64,000 bases of DNA from positions 248,001-312,000 of IMG/VR virus record IMGVR_UViG_3300025133_009608. One strand, 5' to 3'. The notes under the pieces are model-generated. The model did no database searches. It was not told the DNA's origin and was given only the letters and a program-made list of their open reading frames with translations. A program made the position numbers and the translations under genes. The stretch's first letter is position 1; each line of letters starts with the position of its first letter. This document shows, piece by piece, positions 8,568 to 16,098 of the stretch.

Positions 8568-11500
8568 GATTCGCCCCTTGTGTGTTGTTGCTCTAAAGGA
8601 ATGTTTTTTATATCATTTGTCGTTATATGCTTTAAATTTAACGACCCAGAAGAAAGTCTCTCCCAAGCTCCCTGTGCATGGATATTCATTAATACATAAT
8701 AAAGATAATTAGAATCTAGCACGCTTTTTGCCGCCGGCCTTACGGCAACTCCTATGTGCTGCGGCTCGAAAGACTTGACCACTGACCCCACTGACTCTTT
8801 CGATCCCTTCCTTATTATCCAAAAATCTGCATCTTCAAAGTTTGTTTTAATCTCGCAGAAACCTCCGAGCTTGAGCGGGCTGGCAAGCTTATGGAGCTTT
8901 GCAATTTTATAAGATCTTCCATCCTCAATTATATTTTCGTTAGGAAAAGCTCCCCACTCAAACTTCTCCTCATCATCGCCGACTGGACTATAAAGATCGT
9001 TGTAATCTCCAGAGGATACCATGGCATCAAAGGTTCTATCTCCATCTAAATATGCTTGAAAAATTCTATGATTGCCATCTTCAACAATAAGTTGCTCGTG
9101 TTTGGTGTCCCAAAATAATTCCGGGAGCCCTTCCGTCATCGATGGCCTTCCGAGGCGAAGATGCCTCAAAGTCGAATCGCCCTGACCCTTAGACATAGTG
9201 ATTTTTTCAAAAGGAATGCCCCTAACCAGGGTGTATCCGCTTTCGCTATCTTCTATTTCTCCAAGCAGATCCTCCGAGAATGAGAAGGGCATTTTTGAGA
9301 ATGGAAGCTCCAATTGACGGCCGCTCTGCTTGCGAGCCTCGTTGTCATCGGCCAAATCCTCATCTTCCTCATATTCTATCTCTTCGAACTGTCCGTATCC
9401 TAATTCGTTTTTTGTCTCAAAGTATATTGAGGCCTCTTCCGGCGTTGCCTCGTAATAATCTGACAGCCCCTTGTAGCTCATTTCATCGTTCCGATAAATA
9501 TCGCTAGCGTTCGCCAGAATATAATATGAATCAATAAATTTTGCCGGGATTCTGCCGCGATATCCATATACGCCCATCTCCCTAGACACCGCCATCGCCG
9601 TGCCCGGCATTGCCTCACCTTGGGTGCCGGAGCTGCGAGTTTTGTTGGAAATATAGTCATAAACATTGGTCTGTTCCGACTTGTTATTTATATCATAATC
9701 CGGAACAAGTTTGGCCTCATCCTGCAGAGAAAACTCAACGATCATGGGGTCGTCGCCAACCTTATCTGCTGTATGTACCGCGTGCGCTCGAGCTTCATCA
9801 AATCTGGATGTAAAAAATATTAAATCAGAATGGGCAATATCTTTATAATTCGTCTCTGACACTCCCGGCCGAAGTCCCGTCTTTAAAATATCTCCCAAAT
9901 ACTTGGTTGACGTACCGTGAAACATGGTCTTTGCAACTCTCCCGCGTATTTCGTGCTTTGATGCTTCAAACTCATCATCTCCGCCGTAATAAACAACGTT
10001 GTTTAGCCCTAGCTCTTTGAATACTTTTTTCACTAAGATTGAAGACTTCGGGTCCAGGGAAAACCCCCCTCTTCTTTGCAAGTGAAGATCAGAGCGTGGA
10101 GGGTTGGTCCAGGGGGCGTCATGGATCGACCCAACAAGAACGTCAGAGCGCCCCTCATCGTCGATTGCCGTGTATAGATCCTCTAAGATCTCCCAGTCTT
10201 TATACTTCATCCCTATTTCGGTATTTATTTCATCTATAATGTCATCAGGTATGGGCTCATCATCATCTTCGAATCTCCATATTTTGGAGCCAAACGCAAC
10301 AATCGAAGATCCGCTGCCGTAGATATGCATAGCAATTTTATGTAAGCTTGCAATCTTGTCCATTCTAGCGCTGATATCAAAGTGAGCTAGAGCCAATAGA
10401 ACCCCCGGATGAACATCAAGACTCGAAACCTCGTCTAAATCGACAATCTTCCAATCTGTATGCTCCCAGTTTAGCGTCGGGCTTATCGAGCCCATTACGT
10501 CCGCAGTAACTTCCAGCAGAAACGTCGTAAAAGTAAAGCTGCCATCTTTAAAAACATAATTATCTACAAACCTTCCAGATGGTATGCCTCCGATCTCCTC
10601 TTCGGCCTCATGGATTGCAGATTCTTTCGGATCCCTCCCGCCCCCGTTAGAGTCCCTCGGAATGGCCCCTCCAGAAATGCCCCACAATCCCGGGTTCTCA
10701 ACGTATGGTGAGCGCTTGAGTAATAATATTCTTTCGCCGTCCGTTATCATTATGCCCGAGGCTGCTGAGCCCCAGTACTTCCCGACAAAGCCTTCGTCCC
10801 GGTAGTCCGTGGCTACTTTATTTAATTTCGCGATCTTTCTTTGACGCTTGGACATCTCCTCGTCATATCCATCGGACTGGCCAATTACCTCTCCGCCTGG
10901 AAGCACCGCCCTCCAGGTGCTGCCCACGGTCTTCTCGTGCTCAGCTATATAATCGACATAATCATTTCCACCATAATGAAATGTTAATTCATAATTTGGA
11001 TACCCAGAATCCTCTACCACATATAGTATTCTGTTCTTTCCCGAGAATCCAATTGGCATCATTGAGCGAAGATTTTGATGACGCCAATCGTTATCACTTT
11101 TTATATTTATAAGCTCTGGAGCGGCGGCGCTTAGGGCATCGACCGAGACTCTTAGCTTTTCCCATGAGCCCTTAAAGGCATTATTTCTAGTGGTTTCGAT
11201 TAAGTCTTCATAATCTTGAATCTTATCTTCGACCCCCTCTACCATTTGGTTGTTGCGCCTTATGATTCCTTCAATTATTTTATTATAACGTTTAATGTTC
11301 TCATCTTTATAACGATGAGCCTCGACCTCCATGAGGTGATTCGCATAAGAAATGAAGACATCTTTGAATAAACCATAGAATCGCTCTCTCTGTCTTTTTA
11401 TCCTATTCTTAAATCCAGGATGGTTTTCGATTAAAATATTTCCTAGGTCGTCTATCTTATCCGAATAGTCCCAAAGTCTAATTTCATCATATATCTTATT

Positions 11501-11950
11501 GTAAAAATCTGGATTAAGATTTCCCGAGTATCCCCAGCCACTTCTAGCGCCGTGGAAGACAAGGCTGCCCTCAAACGTGCGAAAGAATTGGTCAGCAGAA
11601 GACCCAATAATCCTGGATATATTCGGCAGTACAAAATCTTCGTCAACCATAGCATCTGGGCTGCGAGTTTCATAAGTTATGCCAATCATTAATTTATTAT
11701 CTCCGCGGGTCGTGGCGGTGCTCGATGCGGAAGATGCGGATCCAAAATTATCGGTCATATAGACGCCACCATGAGTCTTTATGGAGCTTGTGCCGGCCCC
11801 GCGTCCAAACTCATCGTTATAAACGGGGGGCTTATTTGGCAATAATCCTTCTTTTAGGATCCCCCTTAAATTATTTGAGGTTGTTCCGTGCCAAAATAGC
11901 TTTCTTTCGGCAATCTTGTGCAGCCTCGATATTTGCCCCGAGCGATTCAC
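8564..11950 (-). CDS. Polyvalent protein E: ART-fold + Nudix + second ART-fold + ParB/Srx + HsdS-TRD-like domain
   Basis: FWHGTT...ILKEGLLP...GGVYMT (ART); WGISGGAIP...ESAIHEAEEEIG (Nudix box); MFHGTST...ILKTGLRP...LIFFT (ART); VEDGNHRIFQA (ParB); YLYYVLM...SSGSLNLKHITTNDIKNIPL (HsdS TRD-like). Four motif copies; GGAG RBS before GTG. Confidence 0.85.
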   Translation of the reverse strand: MNRSGQISRLHKIAERKLFWHGTTSNNLRGILKEGLLPNKPPVYNDEFGRGAGTSSIKTHGGVYMTDNFGSASSASSTATTRGDNKLMIGITYETRSPDAMVDEDFVLPNISRIIGSSADQFFRTFEGSLVFHGARSGWGYSGNLNPDFYNKIYDEIRLWDYSDKIDDLGNILIENHPGFKNRIKRQRERFYGLFKDVFISYANHLMEVEAHRYKDENIKRYNKIIEGIIRRNNQMVEGVEDKIQDYEDLIETTRNNAFKGSWEKLRVSVDALSAAAPELINIKSDNDWRHQNLRSMMPIGFSGKNRILYVVEDSGYPNYELTFHYGGNDYVDYIAEHEKTVGSTWRAVLPGGEVIGQSDGYDEEMSKRQRKIAKLNKVATDYRDEGFVGKYWGSAASGIMITDGERILLLKRSPYVENPGLWGISGGAIPRDSNGGGRDPKESAIHEAEEEIGGIPSGRFVDNYVFKDGSFTFTTFLLEVTADVMGSISPTLNWEHTDWKIVDLDEVSSLDVHPGVLLALAHFDISARMDKIASLHKIAMHIYGSGSSIVAFGSKIWRFEDDDEPIPDDIIDEINTEIGMKYKDWEILEDLYTAIDDEGRSDVLVGSIHDAPWTNPPRSDLHLQRRGGFSLDPKSSILVKKVFKELGLNNVVYYGGDDEFEASKHEIRGRVAKTMFHGTSTKYLGDILKTGLRPGVSETNYKDIAHSDLIFFTSRFDEARAHAVHTADKVGDDPMIVEFSLQDEAKLVPDYDINNKSEQTNVYDYISNKTRSSGTQGEAMPGTAMAVSREMGVYGYRGRIPAKFIDSYYILANASDIYRNDEMSYKGLSDYYEATPEEASIYFETKNELGYGQFEEIEYEEDEDLADDNEARKQSGRQLELPFSKMPFSFSEDLLGEIEDSESGYTLVRGIPFEKITMSKGQGDSTLRHLRLGRPSMTEGLPELFWDTKHEQLIVEDGNHRIFQAYLDGDRTFDAMVSSGDYNDLYSPVGDDEEKFEWGAFPNENIIEDGRSYKIAKLHKLASPLKLGGFCEIKTNFEDADFWIIRKGSKESVGSVVKSFEPQHIGVAVRPAAKSVLDSNYLYYVLMNIHAQGAWERLSSGSLNLKHITTNDIKNIPLEQQHTRGES

Positions 11951-11976
11951 TTAAATTCTCCAATTTGCTTTCATTC

Positions 11977-11993
11977 TACGCTTGAATATTAGC
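11977..11993 (-). promoter_or_regulatory. Candidate regulatory element GCTAATATTCAAGCGTA upstream of polyvalent gene E
   Basis: TTCAAGCGTA is shared with 5329-5338; GCTAATAT is shared with the intergenic 34075-34082. Confidence 0.4.
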
Positions 11994-12012
11994 AAATTTT
12001 CAAATAGTTAAA

Positions 12013-12798
12013 TTATATTCCTAAATCTTTCATTTTCTTCTTTACAGAGGTGCAAGTATCTTTTGGTCCGGTTACCGGAAATGATTTATCTTCCAATAAT
12101 TTATGCATCGTATAGTCATTTCCTTCTGGGGTCATTCTATCTCCCCAGTAGTAAACATCGTATTCATTAAAAAATTGCATAGCGTATGTCTTGTCCCAGT
12201 TTTCGGGATAAATATCAAAACTAGTATCACCAGCGATAACGGCCGTAAGCTTTATTCCATTTTCATCTAAAAACTCTTGGAGCTCCCCGGCCCGAATCCC
12301 CCGCAGCCCTCGTTCTGCGTCAATTTCTTTAAACTTATCCCTATCGGCATCAGTTGCCATTCTCCCAATCGGGCACCAGTTTACTGTAGAGCCGCGATAC
12401 GTAATAAACGTCCCGGTTAGTGGAATATCATCGGCATCTTGCATAATTTCAGCTTGGGCGTATACCAGCTCGGTCATCAACTTTCTAAAGGCGACCTCTC
12501 CCAGGTGGGCTCGCAAATCTTCTTCTTTAATAACCTCATAAGAGATTTTTTCATCAGACTTTATAACGTTATAAGCCTTGGTTCCATTACAGGCCAGGGC
12601 ATAAACTTTAAAATCATGCGGCATTGCTAAAAATAACTCTTCGCACTGCTCTTTTAAAAAGTCCATATCCGAACCCGTAAGGATTCCGATCTCGATGGAC
12701 TTATTTGCTTTGGATAATAACTTTATAATCTTTTTTGTAACTTGTTTCCGAGACGCGCAAAGGGTGCCGTCCAGATCAAATAGGAATACTGTTTTCAT
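12013..12798 (-). CDS. Eukaryote-type phosphomannomutase (HAD superfamily, PMM family)
   Basis: LFDLDGTL, ILTGSD, TYRGSTVNWCPIGR, TSFDIYPENWDKTY, YWGDRMTPEGNDY. Confidence 0.9.
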   Translation of the reverse strand: MKTVFLFDLDGTLCASRKQVTKKIIKLLSKANKSIEIGILTGSDMDFLKEQCEELFLAMPHDFKVYALACNGTKAYNVIKSDEKISYEVIKEEDLRAHLGEVAFRKLMTELVYAQAEIMQDADDIPLTGTFITYRGSTVNWCPIGRMATDADRDKFKEIDAERGLRGIRAGELQEFLDENGIKLTAVIAGDTSFDIYPENWDKTYAMQFFNEYDVYYWGDRMTPEGNDYTMHKLLEDKSFPVTGPKDTCTSVKKKMKDLGI

Positions 12799-12799
12799 T

Positions 12800-13654
12800 T
12801 TAAAATAACCTTTTTAAGTCATCATCAGATATATATCTTTCTCCACGATCGCAGATTATGGTTACGACTTCGCCGAAGATGCTTTTATTTAATCTAATTT
12901 GCTCGGCTGCCAGAACATTGGCCGCCGATGAAATACCAACTAGAACTCCCAACTCCCTGGACAGGGATATCATCTTTGACTTTGCATCTTCTGTTTTTAT
13001 CTTAAGTGTTGCATCAGCGTGCTCAGCATTCATCAGGTAATCTCCGCCATCGCCGATTCCCTGAATCCCGTGTTCCTCTTCTTCTGGGCGCATAAATATA
13101 AGCTTTGTATTTAAATCATTTTCTGCAACAAAAGCAGCGATCCCCATCATTGTCCCTCCGGTGCCGGCGCCGGATACAAAGGCTCCCCATGTGCTTTCGC
13201 CTAATTGCCTAAATATCTCTTTTGCGGTTGTATTTTTATGGCATTGTATATTTAGTTTGTTTTCAAATTGCATGGGCGACCAAGCCCCCGCGGCTACAAG
13301 TTCATTTCTATACTTTATGGCTCCGGCGAAATCATATGGAGCAACTTCAATAATTTCAGCTCCAAAGAACCTCATCATGCTTCGCCTTTCTTCGGACATG
13401 TTAGACGGCATTATGATCTTTACCTCGTTCCCCAAGGTTGCCCCAATCGCAGCAAGAGATATGCCGGTATTCCCGGAGGTCGCCTCAACCAATATAGTGT
13501 CTTTCGAGATTGCATTATTTTTTAATGCATCTTCTACGATATATGAGATGATTCTATCTTTTATTGAGCCCGTGGGGTTATAGGTCTCAAGCTTTACAAG
13601 AATTCCGGACCTAAGTCTAACTAATGGTGTGTTTCCAATTAATTGTTTGAGCAT
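12800..13654 (-). CDS. cysK: Cysteine synthase-like PLP-dependent enzyme (CysK/CysM family)
   Basis: IGNTPLV, KLETYNPTGSIKDR (PLP lysine), EATSGNTGISLA, MSEERR, GAGTGGT, IQGIG, GISSAAN, DRGERY. Confidence 0.85.
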   Translation of the reverse strand: MLKQLIGNTPLVRLRSGILVKLETYNPTGSIKDRIISYIVEDALKNNAISKDTILVEATSGNTGISLAAIGATLGNEVKIIMPSNMSEERRSMMRFFGAEIIEVAPYDFAGAIKYRNELVAAGAWSPMQFENKLNIQCHKNTTAKEIFRQLGESTWGAFVSGAGTGGTMMGIAAFVAENDLNTKLIFMRPEEEEHGIQGIGDGGDYLMNAEHADATLKIKTEDAKSKMISLSRELGVLVGISSAANVLAAEQIRLNKSIFGEVVTIICDRGERYISDDDLKRLF

Positions 13655-13688
13655 TTAGTCCCCCATAACTATACTCAAATATGGAAAA

Positions 13689-14606
13689 TTAATATGAGTA
13701 GCTCGTCCCTAAGATTTTTTCTTCTATATTTTTGACCGGAGAATAGCCGAGAATTCCTTTAATCTTATCTATATTGGCGAGAGAGTGCTTTACGTCGCCT
13801 AATCGTTCGGCTTTAAATATTGGAGGCATAAGATCTAAAATCTCACAAAGCTGTAAAAGCGACATATTTTCCCCCCTGGCTACGTTGAAGGCTTCCCCAT
13901 TTAACTTTTCAGGATGCTCTGCCGCCAATATGTTCGCAGAAACAACACTTTCAACGGGGCAAAAATCTCGACTCTGCATTCCATCGCCATAAATTGTTGG
14001 ACGAACATTGTTTCTCTTGCAGACCGAAAACGCGGGCAAAACGGCCGCATAAGCCGAATCGGGGCGCTGCCTTGGCCCGATCACATTAAAATATCGCAAA
14101 CATGCGGTATCTAATCCCATTTCGGATGCATATAGTCGGCAATACCGCTCACCTGTTAGCTTCTGGAGAGCATATGGGGACCGAGGGTTGGGCTCGTCGC
14201 TCTCGCAGTTAGGAGGGCCGTCAGAGCCACCGTAAATAGACGATGAAGAAGAAAATACAAATCTTTCAACCTTATATTTTCTGGATAACTCCAAAAGCCT
14301 TACCGTTCCGTTTATATTTGTAAAATCAGAGAAAACCGGATTCTCAACGGAGGGGGCTACTCCAGACTTTGCGGCAAGATGAAACACGTACTTGATTTTA
14401 TGATTCTGAAAGGCTCTTTCTAGGTTATCAGAAGTTATATCATAAAGAGCCGGAATAAAATTTTCATGCCCAATATGAGATTCCAGAGTTGTTTGCAATC
14501 CAGAGCTTAAATTATCAACACCAATAACTTTATACTTATTGAGTAATTCGTCCGTAAGGTGTCCGCCGATAAACCCCGCAGATCCGGTAACTAATACTGT
14601 ATCCAT
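13689..14606 (-). CDS. NAD-dependent UDP-sugar 4-epimerase (WbpP/GalE-like SDR)
   Basis: VTGSAGFIG, FSSSSSIYG, YALQK (YxxxK), LRYFNVIGPRQRPDSAYAAV, GDGMQSRDF. Confidence 0.9.
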   Translation of the reverse strand: MDTVLVTGSAGFIGGHLTDELLNKYKVIGVDNLSSGLQTTLESHIGHENFIPALYDITSDNLERAFQNHKIKYVFHLAAKSGVAPSVENPVFSDFTNINGTVRLLELSRKYKVERFVFSSSSSIYGGSDGPPNCESDEPNPRSPYALQKLTGERYCRLYASEMGLDTACLRYFNVIGPRQRPDSAYAAVLPAFSVCKRNNVRPTIYGDGMQSRDFCPVESVVSANILAAEHPEKLNGEAFNVARGENMSLLQLCEILDLMPPIFKAERLGDVKHSLANIDKIKGILGYSPVKNIEEKILGTSYSY

Positions 14607-14623
14607 TTTATAATTCCTTTCAC

Positions 14624-15285
14624 TTAAAACTTATATCCGAAATAATCTATATCTTTAGAATAAAGCTTTCGAATGAATTCTACCATTTCCTCATCATAAT
14701 AATCCTGGTATTTGTTGTTAAATTTTCGGTATGACGTTTTGAATTTTGGCAAACTTTTAGAATCAAACCTTCCAAGTTGTAATTTGTCAAAAACAACTGC
14801 TATATCATTATGTAAGTTTTCATATTTAATGTAGAAGTCACAAACTGGCTTGTCGTCTATAGTGTGAAGCTCCCAGTTGTTTAATTCTGACGCGTGCTTC
14901 TTCGAAAACAACTTAAATAAAGTCTTTGCATCGGCGAATTTATTAGCCTCCAGCTCTCTGCCTCCCACAAACCAGAATAAAGAAACGGCCCTATCCCACG
15001 GATTTCTTACGGCGGAAAATTTATAGTATGAATCAAATAATTCCGGTCCGATTTCCTTCTTTATCTTTGATGCGGGGCTATGCGGCCGCCACTGAGACCT
15101 CTTATTTATCCCATTCATTCTTCCTGCGATTATTCCATATTTTGATTCTTGCATATTGACAGAATCACCATTTTTTATGCTCTGCTTGGGGCCTATGCAA
15201 TATTTCTGAAAGACGCCTTCGACAGAACTTCCTCCGACTTTTTTATTCTTAATGTAAATGAACTTTTTCGATGTGATATTAGCAT
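14624..15285 (-). CDS. Sulfotransferase family 2 protein interrupted by a -1 frameshift near its 5' end
   Basis: ATG 15285 directly follows the upstream TAA and reads MLISHRK. The -1 frame continues KFIYIKNKKVGGSSVE (5'-PSB-like motif) into the track ORF with RNPWDRAVSLF and YSKDIDYFGYKF. The shift is at an A5 run (forward T5 at 15264-15268). Confidence 0.8.
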
Positions 15286-16098
15286 TTAATCTTCGATAAT
15301 ATTTATAGAATCGGGCCTTAGTATATTCTTGGACTCAACCGCGGCCTCCAAGACTTTGCATATAGACTTTTCCCTCTTCATTTGCGCCAGAAGGGCATTT
15401 GTATCCTTCGGGAAGCAATGTCCAGAATAACTAAGTCCACCATCGGGGCCTGGAACATTTGTATGCATCTTTTCAACCCACGGGCCGAGCATTAAGTCTC
15501 TTACATTATTATAATCTATTCCAAGAGAATTGCATAGAAGATAATATTCATTAAATATTGAAACCTTAACGCTGTAATAGCAATTTCTCATAATCTTCAT
15601 TGCCTCCGACTCATCAGAAGTGCAGGCCGCGATTCTTGCCGACGGGTATAGTCTCTTATAGAACAATATCAGCCTATCGAACAGCTCAGACTTGCTAGAG
15701 CTTCCAATAACTATGTAATCTTGATTGTGAAAATCTTCAAATGCCGTTCTTTCGGTTAAAAACTCTGGATTATGAGCAATATTAAGCCCATACTTATTTG
15801 CCAGCGTCTTGGTTACACCGATTTCAACAGTAGACTTTATAACACAGAGCCCCTTGTAGTTGTTCTTTTTTAAAAGTTCAAGATTCTCTTCGATCGCAGA
15901 TAAGTCGAAGTGCTTGCCGCTTATAAATGGAGTCGGAAGGCAGAGAAACAGAATATCCGAATCTAGGACTGAATTAATCGTTCCTATTTTTTGAAACTTG
16001 TCGTATATAGCTGTGGTTACGCCATTTATTTTAAACGACTTATGCAATGCACTGCCAACAAAGCCATTCCCTATCTGTGCAATTCTCATCGTCATCAT
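15286..16098 (-). CDS. UDP-glucose/UDP-GlcNAc 6-dehydrogenase family protein, short form lacking the C-terminal domain
   Basis: IGNGFVG, FLCLPTP, IKSTV, NPEFLTE, E-x-x-K...N, YSGHCFPKD catalytic Cys motif; 270 aa. Confidence 0.85.
   Translation of the reverse strand: MMTMRIAQIGNGFVGSALHKSFKINGVTTAIYDKFQKIGTINSVLDSDILFLCLPTPFISGKHFDLSAIEENLELLKKNNYKGLCVIKSTVEIGVTKTLANKYGLNIAHNPEFLTERTAFEDFHNQDYIVIGSSSKSELFDRLILFYKRLYPSARIAACTSDESEAMKIMRNCYYSVKVSIFNEYYLLCNSLGIDYNNVRDLMLGPWVEKMHTNVPGPDGGLSYSGHCFPKDTNALLAQMKREKSICKVLEAAVESKNILRPDSINIIED

Larger units (their letters stand above)
1121..11944 (-). repeat. Dispersed 12-aa peptide motif RxxKIxxLHKIA (11 copies) at N-termini and domain junctions of five genes
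   Basis: Copies at 1121-1156, 2000-2035, 2437-2472, 3177-3212, 4005-4040, 4911-4946, 5273-5308, 8882-8917, 10331-10366, 10811-10846, 11909-11944. Conservation is at the protein level. Confidence 0.85.

Noticed and set aside
15276-15283. GCTAATAT box as another promoter copy
   Set aside because: It lies within the first codons (ATG CTA ATA T) of the frameshifted sulfotransferase, so it is explained by coding.
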